64,000 nt of DNA from Amphiscolops sp. MND2022. Lineage: Eukaryota. Positions 22,293 through 35,322 of the stretch are shown in pieces. The notes below the pieces were generated by a model. The model saw only the letters and a program-made list of their open reading frames with translations. It was not told the DNA's origin and made no database searches. A program made the translations under genes and the position numbers. The stretch's first letter is position 1; the number at the start of each line of letters is the position of its first letter. The DNA lies in contig OZ076413.1 in the NCBI GenBank assembly GCA_964187785.1, positions 44,890,001 through 44,954,000 on the forward strand, read 5' to 3'.

Positions 22293-24192
22293 CTCTTTAT
22301 TGTCACTGTCTCTTAAATACAAACGGTTAGCAAACACTAACTATCCATTTTCCTATAAATCAGGTGAACTTTATGCTTTCTTGAACAAGCGAGGAAAGTG
22401 AGGCTTTGTAAAGTGTATTTCTTATGTCAAATGGGCTCTTTTCAAACAAACTTTCCCCCAAAATTTTTAAAAGTTTTTCTCATACTGTACTGGTTTAATC
22501 ACAAGTGAAATCTTTTTCATTACAGAAAGTTGACTTCTATTGGAAGTTTTTCGTTGGAATGAAACGTTTTTCACACATTTTGACAGTGATTATGTTCGAA
22601 TTAACAGTTTTTTTGTGACTCAAAAAACGAAGCTGTTGATTTCCTAGTCAAGAACGCGTGACTTCAGAAGGATAAAGAGTGTGAACAAAGTTTACATCTG
22701 GATCCTAAACTGTCACTTTGAAATTGAATGTACAAATTAGTCTTTTTGCCCTAAAATTCTGACTAAAATTCCAAAAAATTGGCGGCGGGGGAACAGAAAC
22801 GAACCTTCAGACGTTCACACCAAATCGGACACAATGGCACCATTTAAAGCAAAGTGAAAGTGATAATAATGGCTCATTTTCGTGAAACCTAAACCTACAT
22901 GAAAAATGACGTAAGATACAGTGGAACTTTGGATTCACAAGTTACCCTCAATAAGTGACCATTCTACCAAGAATACTAAGCAAATAAATGATTACCCTTT
23001 TGGTAGACAACAAAAATAGATGAAAAGTTACCCCAGCACTATTACAATTGGCATGTAATATAAAAATGTAAAATAGCATGTGCGCTATAAAAACAAATGG
23101 CACCCAATTAAACCAATATTTACAGTGTCGGTGTTTCACAGACTCCAGCAGATTAAACTCCCGGGTGCTGGCTCAGAGTTGTCCAATTGTAAACCACTTT
23201 CTTCTTGTCCACTTCAGTTAGTTTCGAGGGACGACCCGATTTTGTACGTGGTGGAACAAAACCCTTGCTCTTATCGTAACTTAGTACTACCTAATTGCTC
23301 AACGACAGTCACCGATTGTAATTTATTGCGATTTCTTCACAAAACTTTTCTCTTTCAAGGTGCCTTAGAATCCAACTCTCAAGCAGGGAATCAAAAATAT
23401 TCATTCAGCCGCATTTTCAAAGAAAATTTTCCATACTTTAATTTTCTACCCAAATGGTAAAGCCCTATCCACAAATTCAAGGACGAAAAAATGACGTTCT
23501 CGGCTAATGTAATTAAGAAATATCTAAACGTTTTGAAACCTAACAAAAGTGCCTGATCATTTTCGAAGTTGTTTTGATCAAACGTATGATTGGTAAAATA
23601 GTTCAGGGCGGAAAATATACTGGTGCTCAATGGTTGTTTGTTTTCAATTCGTTTCAAGTACTGAAGTTTCAAGAATGTAGACCACCCTCTATCTCATTAC
23701 ACGATCAAGTTAGCTACTTCAGAGCAACTCTTTAGCCATTCAGTGGAGACCTTAATTTATAGATTTTGTCTCATTGACAATTTTTCCCATTTACATGTAT
23801 ATCTTATATGGGAAAGGAAGATCATTCAACTTGCCACTGATTTTGACATTCAGACGGGAAATGGAAAAAGTTCGTTTATTTTTGGCCGAATGTTTGGACC
23901 AATTGGGTACTTTAACTGCCAGCTTATAGTTTGAGACTCAGTGATGAACCTTTTTAATTTTTTAAAGGATTTTTTATATTAAAGGATCGGCCTTAAAATA
24001 TAAAGGATCCTTTAAAGGATTAGAAAAAACATATTTCAACAAATACTTTAAGGGGAACGTCAAACAGGCATAATGTAATACACGTCTAATTCTTCAAACA
24101 GCAGAATATTTTTGTTGTAATCTGACTGGCTGAAATTTGGAATCGAATTGAATTCGATGAGCTGAAAACGCGTGTCTGATTTTGTCGGAATT

Positions 24193-24430
24193 ATTAGGAG
24201 TCGGAAAAAATTTTCGACACTTTATGCAATCGTGTCGTTTTTTTCTCCCGACCTTTCAATGAAAATTTCAAATTTCTCAAAAACGTCCATACGAGTTTCA
24301 TAAAATTTTGAACAGTCATTCTACACCCAAAGGGGCCCCTGCGTGCGCAATGGCATCGAAATCGATTTTCTCAAAAACTCTCCATACGATTCGAACGAAA
24401 TTTTCTACAGTCATTCTACACCATATTAGA
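24193..24430 (+). mobile_element. 5' fragment of HINE family C
   Basis: taggagtcggaaaaaattttcgac.. is the reverse complement of 52236-52050 plus part of the 172-bp unit. Confidence 0.7.
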
Positions 24431-24460
24431 GATATCTTGCTTGGATTAATACGTGTCGTA

Positions 24461-24814
24461 CAGAGTTTTGACACCGCTAATCAGCGATTTAGCGAATTAG
24501 CGGCCGCGCAGGAATTTTTCAGCGATTTCATTAGCGATTCAAATTAGCGGTAACTAATAGACCCTCCAAATTCAAAATTTCTTCTGTGTATAGACGGTGT
24601 TTCAAAATGAATTTCAAAAATTCCAACTCTTACCTTTGTAAAACACAGTATAAAAAATTCTAATCTTTTTCTTCCAAAAACCGAATAAGTTAATTTGAAA
24701 CATAGTTGAAGCTAAACATTTAATAGTTTGCAGAAAAAGCTTTTCAGCGAAATAGCGATTTTCAAATTAGCGGTTTAGCGATTAGCGGATGAAATTAGCG
24801 ATGTCAAAACCCTG
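24461..24814. mobile_element. hAT-type MITE nested in 23939-25080
   Basis: TIR CAG(A/G)GTTTTGACA, 8-bp TSD GTGTCGTA, subterminal TTAGCG repeats. A related right-end remnant lies at ~46625-46661. Confidence 0.85.
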
Positions 24815-25564
24815 GTGTCGTACCAAAAAAAACATCAGCAAAAAACCAAATCGATTGGTTCGACCCATTATGGTAAGCAGCCGCACCGAACAAACCAGAA
24901 TAGATTCATAGAATAATTTTCTCACCGCGCTTATTGTATGTATAATTGATGTCAAATTTCCTTTTTATTTTGTTTAAAGGAAAAAGTATCCTTTAAAGGA
25001 AAATCCTTTTAAAGGATCGATGTTTAAAGCAAGGATTTTTTAAAGGATCCTTTAAAGGAAAATAAAAAGGGACATCACTGTTGAGACTGAATGCTTTTTT
25101 GGGGCAATTCGCAATTATCACAGGTGTGACGTGGAATCACTGGCCGACCTTACAAGATGCGTTTGGAGACATAGCGCGATGAAATCGATTCTCACTAGCC
25201 GCATTCATCTATAGGTCGCGGTTTTCATTCTAGGATCTTTCGATGAGGTGGCTGTAAAAAATCGTAACGAATTGAGAAGGGGTGCTATTTTTGTTTACTT
25301 CTGTAAAATGCAGAGTTCCAGTAGTGAATTCCAAACGATGTTTTCAATAGGTCGATTGATCCACAAGCTTTATGGATGTTGGCTTTAACAGAGACGCCTG
25401 AACTCAAGGGAAAACTTCTGGAAGTAGTTAATTCAGGTTTTCGTGGAAATGATATTCACAGTTTGATGAGGACACTGCACAAATGTCAAGAAGAAGCCCT
25501 GATTTCAGCAATGGGAGAGAATTTCTTCAACTACAACAAGCCCAGTTTAAATGTAACCCACAAC

Positions 25565-26012
25565 CAGTGTTGATTATTTTTAACTGTCGTTTAAACGGTG
25601 TTAAAACGATTTCGAGTGTTTAAAGGAATTTAAAGTGGCTAGCGTTTAAACGCTCAGCGTTTAAACACTGGTTAATTCTCCGAATTGTCTTGAAATTCTG
25701 AACTTAACATTTACTTGAATTATAATTCGGAATTTTAGGAATTATTTAAAGAATTTACCGTCGCCTGCATTCTGTGAGGAAAATTTTTCTCGGGCAGCGT
25801 TACTCTTAGAGGACCGCCGTTGCAGGTTGTCAATGGATTCCATAAAAAACCGATTGATTTTGCTATAAATTGATCAAATTAATTATGAAATTTAATTTCA
25901 TTGAAAATCTTTTGCCCGCATTTCTTGGCGAGCGTTTAAATAGTGTTTATATTTTTCATCAGCGTTTAAACGCTTGCTCAGCGTTTAAAAATCATTTAAA
26001 CGATCAACACTG
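25565..26012. mobile_element. hAT-type MITE
   Basis: TIR CAGTGTTGAT, 8-bp TSD CCCACAAC, subterminal CGTTTAAA repeats. Confidence 0.85.
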
Positions 26013-26719
26013 CCCACAACCCACGTTCAAAATAAAATCAGAATTAGCGCGGGTGCTAGTTGTGCATCATATTCTTCCATATAAGGAAGTGTGTTGTTTT
26101 AGTCAATCGTCCAACTGATGGTTACATGACAATTCGCGTGCTTTGAATGTTATTACAATGTCATGTTTTTCACCGTAAAATATCTTCACAACGAACTTTA
26201 ATCAAAATTTCATTATAACGAATTTTGATCCAACAAAATTTTGGTTTTTTAAAAGGATATAAATTGAGAAGCAATAGAGAGCATTTTAAGATGAATTCAG
26301 GGTCATTATAAGAGGCTAAGCAACGTGATGTCGAGGGCTAGAATAATGAATCGACTCGATTTCATTTCCAAATCCGAAAATATTTCACAAAAAGTGGGGG
26401 ACAATCAGGAAGACAAGCGGAAAACCCGCTAAGGCTAACAGACGCCTGAGCAGCGGGATGTTTTCCGCCCCAAAATATCTTGGCAACGACATGTTCTTAA
26501 GGCTCAAGCGTAGCCAATCAATAGGAACATGCAAAAAAGCTCGATAAATTAAAGATTGACAGTTTTCGTTTCATCTTTCCTTTCTGAGGAGAAAATATGC
26601 AAAATTTCTCGATAGAAGAGTTAGCTAATTAACATAGTGATTTGTTGTTGAACGCCGTGTTGTTGTTGAACGCCAAAGTTGACGAGAAAAGTCTAAAATA
26701 TTGGATTCATCTTCAAAAG

Positions 26720-28970
26720 AAGGTAGTTCCTATCTTCAAAGAAGGTAATAAAGATGATTTCTCGAATTATCGACCCATATCCTTGCTTCCTGCGATATCG
26801 AAAGTGTTTGAGCGAATCATTTTTAAACGGGTATACTCTTATGTCGAAAAATTCAAGCTGCTTGATGACAACCAGTTTGGATTCAGGAAAAAAGGCACAC
26901 TGTAGATGCACTAGCATGCGTGATGGAGCAAATAAGAGCGTCGAAAGATCAACAAGTCGCATCGTTTTGCGTTTTCCTCGATTTGAAAAAGGCATTTGAC
27001 ACTATTGATCATGAAATTCTCATTCTTAAACTAGAAAATATGGGCTTGAGAGGTCATGTGTCAGCACTCTTGAAGTCATATCTGTCGGATAGATACCAAT
27101 ATACACAAGTCAATGGCTCTAACTCCAAATTAGGATTAATTCGTACTGGAATTCCGCAGGGCTCAGTTCTTGGACCAATCCTTTTCTTGTTATACATAAA
27201 TGACCTGACCAAATCGGTACAATCACATGTTACTCTTTTCGCCGATGACACCAACATTTTCGACCGCATGGAAGAGAACGGAACCAACAACTTAGATAAC
27301 ACCTTATCGATTGTGAACTCCTGGATGAAAAGTAACAAGCTGAAATGTAATCTCGATAAATCAAAAGCTGTAATCTTTGGTGAATCATCTCAAACTGAAA
27401 TCTTCAATAAGTTTGGCTTGATGGTCCAACATTGTGTTAAGTATTTGGGAGTGTTAATTGATGACGATCTCAGGTTCAAAAATCAAGTTGAAAAGATAAA
27501 AAGGAAACTTTTGTTCTGTAATTACACAGTCTTACGCACAAGGCCCTACCTAAAAAGGTCTCAATTACTTGTATACTACAGAACGCACGTCAAACCAATT
27601 GTGCAGTATGGTGTTTTGGTATATGGATGCACAGCTTTCAGCAACCTCCAACCGATTTTGCGTTTACAGAAAAGGATAATCAGGAACATTTACCGTCTGC
27701 CAAAATATACCAATGTCGATTCAATTGATGTCGGCAAATGGATTGGAAACTGTATACGAACTTCATGTTTATGAACTCTTGAAATTTATTCTGAAGTCAA
27801 TGACCACAGGACACGAGAGCCAGTTGTTGAACGAAATACTGCGTAAGGAAAAGGGAATAAACTATGGACTGAGAAAAGCACCAGAAACTTTTGCCCTGAT
27901 TCCTATCACAAGATCGAAAGTCGGTGAGCATTCTCTTAAATCTAGGGTACCGACACTTTTCAACAAGTTGAATTCCTGGGGAGTTTTCCAGACCAGAGTA
28001 ATCTAGCTGGTATCAGCGCTGACTCCATAAAGAGCCTTGGTCATAAATTGTTCGACTGTTTTGTCATAGGCAACGAAGACCTGGTGCGCTTCGTTTTCGG
28101 ATTGCCGCCATAGGAGAGCAACAAGTGGACAGCGTACAATCATCTCTTCTATCGACTGAGGAGAACGCAGGCGAACTAATAATAAAAAATAGAGCTTTTC
28201 AACTAAATTCAAGTTCCATTTCATCAGTTTTTTTCTTCAGCCGTCAGTAAAAAAGCAATTGGTTCTTCTTCTTTGGAACTGTCATTTTGTTTAATCTGAA
28301 TAATCAATGCCAATGTATCATCGTTATTTTTTGTGGGATCCAAGTGTAAGTGCTGTTTTTCTCTGCTGTTTCTGTTTTGTTTTGCTTAACCATACATCAA
28401 ATTAGGGGGTATCATAGTGTTTACTATCATACCCCAAATGCTTCTGCCACCTGATGCAAAAAATCCCGCGTTAGAGTTCTCAGGTGTCTGCATCTTTGCT
28501 CCCTGAGAGCATTGAAGACTCCTGGGCCTGTAAAGTCGGGCATCGGGTGCGCAGAAGCCGTAAATTGAAACTATATCAGCAGGGGTACGAGAAGCGAGTT
28601 TTCAGGGAATTTCATTGGAACTTCATCTTTACTTCCGGTTTTTTCCAGCTGTCTTAATACACTGTAGAGTGTCTGTGCCTAAAATTGATAGCACATGAGC
28701 TCTCACTGTTTCACACGCGCATTGAAACCCTCCAAAACGTTCTGGGCTTATTTTTTTCCCTGATGTTCCGTTTTTTCTTTTTTTTTTGTTTTTTCCCCAT
28801 GTCAACTTCTGAGGAGTAACTTCAAATTTCACAGTTATCAAGAGGCTCCCTTCAACCGGGCAGCCGCCTTTTGGGAGTCTTTTCTGGCATCGATTTATTC
28901 TTTTGGTGTTTTTAATTTGATGATATTGATTGTAATGTTGCCAGATAAATTAAATTAATTTATTATTATT
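26720..28970 (+). mobile_element. 5'-truncated, frameshifted non-LTR retrotransposon (CR1/L2-type reverse transcriptase)
   Basis: VVPIFKEG..NYRPISLLPAISKVFERI..QFGFRK, FLDLKKAFDT, GIPQGSVLGPILFLLYINDL, LFADD, KYLGV. Frameshifts near 26900 and 27725. Probable 3' UTR ends in an AT-rich tail near 28945-28970. Confidence 0.9.
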
Positions 28971-30297
28971 CATTTTATACCTATTCTGGAAACGAGAAAA
29001 ACATTTTCTCTATAAGAGTATGCTAAACAAAAACAAACCACAGTTATAAACTATTTCCATGAAATACGTGATAGCCGAGAACCAAGAAGACGAGATTTCA
29101 ATTCCCCTATTCTGCGGTGTGGAGGCCGAATAGCAAGTTTTTTTTTCTAAAATGTTTTTTCTAGAAATAGCAAGCTACTATTGTTTACGGTAAAAGATGG
29201 TCGGCTTTAAGCAGTGATCTCAAAATGATTTGCTCGAGGTCACTGAGTTCTGACTGCTTGTCGATGCTCTTTTCATTCCAAGTTGTCTTCGCCAAAATCG
29301 CTTTTTCTGTCATGCCACTGAGCTAGGGTTGAAGAATTTGCTCAGAACCCAACAACATCGAGTTGAGAGGGTTCGAACCTTATCCCTCACTAACACAGGC
29401 TTAAATCTTCACAAAACAATGACTGAAAACTTGAAAGTTTGACATTTTTGGTTCAATCCACGCACAAAAAAAAACACTTCTTTTGGCAAAAGTATGCGAA
29501 GTAGTCCATTGATTTAAACCCAACTGTTTGCGAAATTGATTTAAAACCGAAGAAACGTCCAATAATTGTTCAAAATATGCACCAAATCGTCGACGATTCT
29601 CCGACTTAAAAGTATGCTAGGCATTCAATTATTTTGTCTCAGAAATATGTGAGATTCATAACAACCAAAACGTGCTAAAGCTGTACAAAAATTACTCAAG
29701 GTCGGATTGGGAAAAATGGAAAGAACGTGGAAAAGTTTTCAAGAGCATTTTGGGCAATTTTTGAACAAAGTCTGATTTTTCTCCTAAGAAGCGTTGTGGA
29801 TAGCAACGTTTTCTATATTGAACCTGGCTATCGAAATTTACGAAAACATTCAGATTGCGAGTATTTGTTAAAGTATTGAATTTTGGTTAGTTGACTTTTT
29901 TGTGGTTATTTTGAGTCACTTTCTACCAAAATTTCCCATACGTCTTCAAATAACGTCATGAATAGCTAGTTTTTTCGCCTTGGAACTTTCTGGGATACTG
30001 TAACCCACGAAAAAAAATCGCAACTGCAACTAAAATTACATGAAAAAGGAAAAATGGAAAATGATGTCATTTAGGCTTTTACCAAAAAAGTCCGAAAACC
30101 GCTATAAATACATATCGCACGAGTTAATAATATTGAATTCTGTGGATTAACCTCTATGAGTCGGGTAAAAACTTGGAACATGGCAAACTTTGGAGAAAAC
30201 GAGGCTCAGAAATTTTCCGTTCCAAAATGGAAATATGGGCGGAAAAAATCGACGACAATTTCATGGCTTTGTCTGAGCGATCAGTGCTCACATCCGG

Positions 30298-32254
30298 TTT
30301 TTAGTCGGCGCTTCATGAAGTGAAACGCGACTATTATAGTGACTCTTTTTTTTCTATCCACACGAACTGACCAAAATAGTTCTTAAAAGTTCTACAAAAT
30401 ATTATTGCACCAAATTGAACCATTTGGCCAAGCGAACTGAACCAAAAAGGTTTTTCCTGTTTTCCGCGTAACATACCATACCGGGCGAGACCAAAGGGTC
30501 CCCCCTTTCAATTTTTTTCGGCACTGCGAGACTTTTTTTCGGAAATTTTTCCCCCAAAGGGTCCCCCTTCAATTTTTTGATGTTTTGCGACAGAATGGAT
30601 GTTGAAAAACCCCAAAGGGTCCCCCCTTTTAGTTTTTCGGCATTGTGAGACTTTTTCTAATTTTTTTTCTCTCCAAAGGGTCCCCCCTTCAATTTCTTTG
30701 ATATTTTACAACAGATTGGGTGTTTAAAAATCCCAAAGGGTCCCCCTTTTCATGATTTTTGTGTCGTCTTTAAGCACCAAATAAGATTTATTTTAATTAT
30801 TTCGACGAATGTCACCCATATTTAGCCAGCACTTTTTGTGAAACAAAAATGCCGGATTATTACAGTGGCTAGTTTCAATTTTTAGTCGGCGCTTTATCCT
30901 TTTAAGGAAAAATGCCCGACTATAGCAGTGACCTTTTTTTTCTTCAGACTACAATCCTCACACTGATCGGTCCACTTTTTAGAAACAGTCCTGAAACCAC
31001 CTAAAGCGCCAAGTCCGGCCAAGGCAAACTTAGTACAAAGGGTCCCCCTTTCGTTTTTTACTTTTTCAAGGTAACCTACAAAACCGGACGGGACTAAAGA
31101 GTCCCCCCTTTGGATTTTTTTTCGGCACTGTGCGACTTTTTTTCGAAAATTTTTCAATGTCCTCAAAGGGTCCTCCCTTTGAGTTTTTTGATATTTTGCA
31201 ACAGAATGCATGTTTATAAATCAAAAAGGGTCCCTTCTTTTACATTTTTGGCACTGTGCGACATTTTCCGAAAGAAAAAGTTTTCGGAAATTTCAAGTTT
31301 TTCGGAAAAAAAATGTTTTGCGGTTTTTGAGCCTTAGATATAGCGCCGACTTTAGACGTTCCCGTCTTGTTTCTTCAGACTACAATCCTCACACTGATCG
31401 GTCCACTTTTTAGAAACAATCCTGAAACCAACTAATGCCAAGTCCGGCCCACGCAAACAGTCCAAAGGGCCCCCTTTCATTTTTTACTTTCTCAAGGAAA
31501 CACACATCCGGACGTGCCTAAATGTCCCCCCTTTGGATTTTTTCGGCACTGTGCGACTTTTTTCCAAAAGTTTTTTCGTCTCCAAAGGGTCCCCTTTCAT
31601 TTTTTACTTTTTTAACGTAACCTACAATACCGGACGTGCCTCACGGGTCCCCCCTTTGGAATTTTTTCGGCACTGTGCGACTCTTTTTCAAAAATTTTTT
31701 ATTGTCCCCAAAGGGGCCCCCTTCGGGTTTTTTTAAATATTTTGCAACGGAATGTATGTTAATAAATCCAGAAGGGTCCCCCTTTTACATTTTTCGGCAC
31801 TATGCGACTTTTTTTGAAAGGAAAAAATTTCAAAATTTTCATTTTTTTTCCAAAAAAATGTTTTGCGATTTTTGAGCCTTAGATATGGCGCCGACTTTAG
31901 ACGTTCTCATCTTGTTTCTCCAGACCACAGACCTCACACTGAAAGGTCCACTTTTTACAGAATTTCTCTGGCCCTTCCAACCTTACTAGAAAGCAATCTA
32001 GGGTGCTTCCAAAGGATACCACCTTTGGCTACCATGCGACTTATTGAAAGATATTTCTTGAAAAAGAAAGAAACCAAAAAGGTTTTCCCACGCAATTTTC
32101 GTTTTTTTTGAGGTTTTCAATTAAGGAAAATTTTTCCAAGCCTAAAGGGTGACATCTATAGTTTCAATAGTTGGCCCCTGAATATTTCAAACACTTTGCT
32201 CTTTTTGAACCCTGAGCGGTGGGGGGGGGCAACTTGGGCCTTTTCCGACTTGTT
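30298..32254 (+). mobile_element. cluster/tandem array of HINE family A units
   Basis: 5' ends at ~30298 and ~30878; 3' ends at 31371, 31916 and 32254. Units restart with tcttcagactacaatcctcacactga..ggtccacttttt. Confidence 0.7.
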
Positions 32255-33314
32255 AGAGCTTGGGATTTAGCCAACCATCAGTCAAAATTCGATCCTCGTT
32301 TTCTGTGAAGACCAATCTCACTTGAAAGGAAAAGCAATTGATCAGTTTCAAAATTCGAGCTAACGCAAAAATAAACAAACCATCACAAAATGTTGTCACC
32401 CACGTGGCATCAAACTGAATGTAGTTACAATATTTTAATTTTTTTTTCGCATTTGCACATCAATTGGCAGGATTTCCGAAAAAAACTTTTTGCCATGTCC
32501 GAGAGCTTCGAACTTTCAATAGACATACGAAAACTGAAACTTATTTTCCTAACGTCAAGGGTTTCAAAGATTTCAGGCACTAATCTTTCACTGAACGTAC
32601 TTTTTCCGCCAATATTTCGCTATTTCAATGACTTATGAATAGAATATGTAAAAAACCACCAGAGCCGTCACTCAGCAAATCTATGATTCTCTTTTTCTTT
32701 CTCCATCAAGTCGACAGCCTTCAATTCAAAATTGAAAAAAAAAATGACCAATGAAACATTCAATTTTTTTAAACAAATAAAATTTAATCTGACGTTTAAT
32801 TAAATTGCAACTCTGCAAAATATTATCCTACAATTGACATCAAAAATGGCGGTAGCTCCTAATCACATCATACACATGTTGTTCACATGCTTCGGAAACA
32901 TCCGCGACAAGAGCATGCAAAATATTCAGAGCACTTTAATACTTTAAAACCAAAACGTGTTATATCAATTATGTAGCTGCGAACCAATCATTCAAAGTGT
33001 AGCTTGAGTACAGCATTCGAAAGAATTAGATGAACATACTGGCCTTTTTGAAGTGAAATTGATTAAAATTCGATAGGACCATTTTCGTGACAAATCCCTT
33101 AATTACACCCAACTTATCGTTGGAGCTAGAACACATTTCGAGGTAGATTATATGAAACGATTGGTTCTTTTTCGCACAACCCACGCCAAATTTGAGCAGC
33201 ATTTAAAATATATGGAGGGCAAAATGGATACATTAAGCTAATTAATCAACACAGTTTATTAAAAATTAATTAGTTTGTTGCAGATGGGCGATGACCACAA
33301 TAGAATTTGAGGAA

Positions 33315-34055
33315 CTAAAGACAGCGTTTGAAGTAACGCTTTGCGAAATAGACGTAAGCAAGCATGGCTCCCAATCCGAACATGATTAAATGCGTAGGAA
33401 TGAGAACATAAGAATATGGTGGGTGAAACAGGCCCCATACGGAGCTGGGTATCCATCCTGGAGGCGCTGGATTGGGCGAGGGAGTGCTGCCTTCAGAACA
33501 CAGATCCGTGTCCCCGTCTGATATGGAAAGGTGAGGGTAACTAGAAATGCCTACCGAATGGGTGTCACTGGACACCACGACACCCACAGGCCCGCCCAAA
33601 TGTCCGCCATTTGCACCATTGGGGTGTCTGAACTTTTCTGCAAGTTCATGAGGTTTCAGAGGGGTGCCTTCTGGTCTGCTAGAGTAGTTGGCCAGTGCTG
33701 TTTCTAGTTTGATCTGATTGGCTGAACCCTGAAGGAAAACAGGACTACTGAAGCCAGTGCCACCACTTGTGGACCATACAGGCGAGTGGGGTCCACTGCT
33801 GTCTCTTACCGACGTGGCACGGGAACTACCTTCTCGTTGGGCTTCCATCAACAAACGTTCCAATTCATGTTCGTGAGAGGGCACAAGTTGAATATTACTG
33901 GCCGAAGACATTGTCATACTGTTATCATTCCCATTCCCGTTGTTACCTGTCATGTGAATCTTAGACGAAGACCCTAGATCTTCCCAGTCTTCGGATCCCA
34001 AGTTGTTTCCATTTGAAGACGACAGTCTGGCAGGTTTGTTCTGCTGGGTTGACAT
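33315..34055 (-). CDS. BNIP3: BNIP3/BNIP3L (NIX)-like mitophagy receptor, ~246 aa from the first ATG
   Basis: LIR-like SEDWEDL, ELERLLMEAQRE (cf. MEKILLDAQHE), YSSRPE..KFRHP (cf. WSSRPE..FKHP), and a C-terminal TM helix with His and GxxxG-like residues followed by a basic tail. The frame is also open upstream to ~34247. Confidence 0.85.
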   Translation of the reverse strand: MSTQQNKPARLSSSNGNNLGSEDWEDLGSSSKIHMTGNNGNGNDNSMTMSSASNIQLVPSHEHELERLLMEAQREGSSRATSVRDSSGPHSPVWSTSGGTGFSSPVFLQGSANQIKLETALANYSSRPEGTPLKPHELAEKFRHPNGANGGHLGGPVGVVVSSDTHSVGISSYPHLSISDGDTDLCSEGSTPSPNPAPPGWIPSSVWGLFHPPYSYVLIPTHLIMFGLGAMLAYVYFAKRYFKRCL

Positions 34056-35322
34056 CACAAGTGCAGAAGAAGACAAAGAACTACCGCTGATTGAGGATGA
34101 CGTAACAGGTGACGTCAGAGATGATGTAACAGGCGAGGATCCAGCAAGCAGACTTCCGGAAACCGAGTCTGTCGAGGGCGAGGAGGTCTCGCAGTATAGG
34201 GAAGACGTTGTTTCTGAAATTTTGCTGGTTTTTATTCTAGAGCAACTTCAACAGTGACGTCTCAAGATGTTGAATGGTGGTTGTTATATAATAGCTGGAA
34301 CTACTGCAAATGAAGGCTTTGACAACAGCATTAGTATATGCACGTAGCAAACATTGCACTACTCATTTGTCATTGAACAATTCTGAAAAGAAGCAAAGGT
34401 CAATAGTTAAAGTTCATCGAACAAAAGGGACATATTTGAAATTTGCATGAGCTGAATTTGAACGGTAACTTAAGTTTTAATACCCTTGAGATGAAAGTGA
34501 TAGACGGAAATGACACACAGCGAATAAGGAAACGTATAATCATTTGCTACTTTAAGCATATTCCCGCCTCAAGGTTTACATGGTAAAGATAACAACCAAA
34601 TCATATTTCAGTTTAGATACAAAAACTCTGAGATCTAAAACCAAAGCGATTGTCGGAAACATTTGACAGAATTAAAAAATTTTTTGGAATGCTTCAACTT
34701 CTATTATTCTATTGATCAGTCAATTTCTATGATGGTTTTAAACGAACTCCGAGAGCTTTTTATCATAATGCCAATAAAATGCCAAGGTACTCCATTAATA
34801 CGTTGCTGCCACTGAGAAACATCTGCTCAATTTATCAATTTTAGCTCTGTAATGATGTTCACCTAATTTGATAGATGAATTGTTGACGTTCTTGTTATTT
34901 TGGACTTCAGATTGAGATTGAAGGTCATGTTTATTTAGAACCAACGATAGTAATGCGTACAAAAATTTATTTGGCATTGAAACGCCTTCCTTTGGAAGTA
35001 TCAGAAAATCGAAATTCCCGAAACCGAGTCATTTGACAACATAGCAAAGGAGGATTGCTACTCGAAAAAATTGTTAAAGAACAGGAAACTTGAAACCTGA
35101 ACATCACGGATCTTTGCAAGTTTCAGAGAGACATCAATTATTCATCAGCTTTTGAAACTACAATTTGATGGACTAAGCAATAATATAAGCGAAAGATTTC
35201 AAAAGCATTGGAAACAAGAAAAATCAAAACTCAAATTAGAAGTATCCCAGCATATGCAGCACCATACGTGAGATAACTCAATTACTCATTAAAAACAAAG
35301 CAAAATTTGTAAATCATCTATT

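Larger units (their letters stand above)
23939..25080. mobile_element. hAT-type non-autonomous element with nested insertions
   Basis: TIR CAGTGATG..CATCACTG, 8-bp TSD TTGAGACT, subterminal (T)AAAGGA(T) repeats. Confidence 0.85.

Noticed and set aside
22948..23934. Short ORFs upstream of MRE11 as a divergent gene or transposase
   Set aside because: No recognisable motifs and no consistent exon chain.
26920..27774. Reverse transcriptase as a retron, DGR, telomerase or domesticated gene
   Set aside because: The motifs are typical non-LTR CR1/L2 ORF2, and the copy is 5'-truncated and frameshifted on both sides.
34003..34257. Plus-strand acidic ORF (84 aa), and similar antisense ORFs over MRE11 and CAPS2 exons
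   Set aside because: They are antisense shadows of real coding exons.
34341..34346. HIF response element (TACGTG) upstream of the BNIP3-like gene
   Set aside because: A single hexamer is expected by chance and the TSS is unknown.
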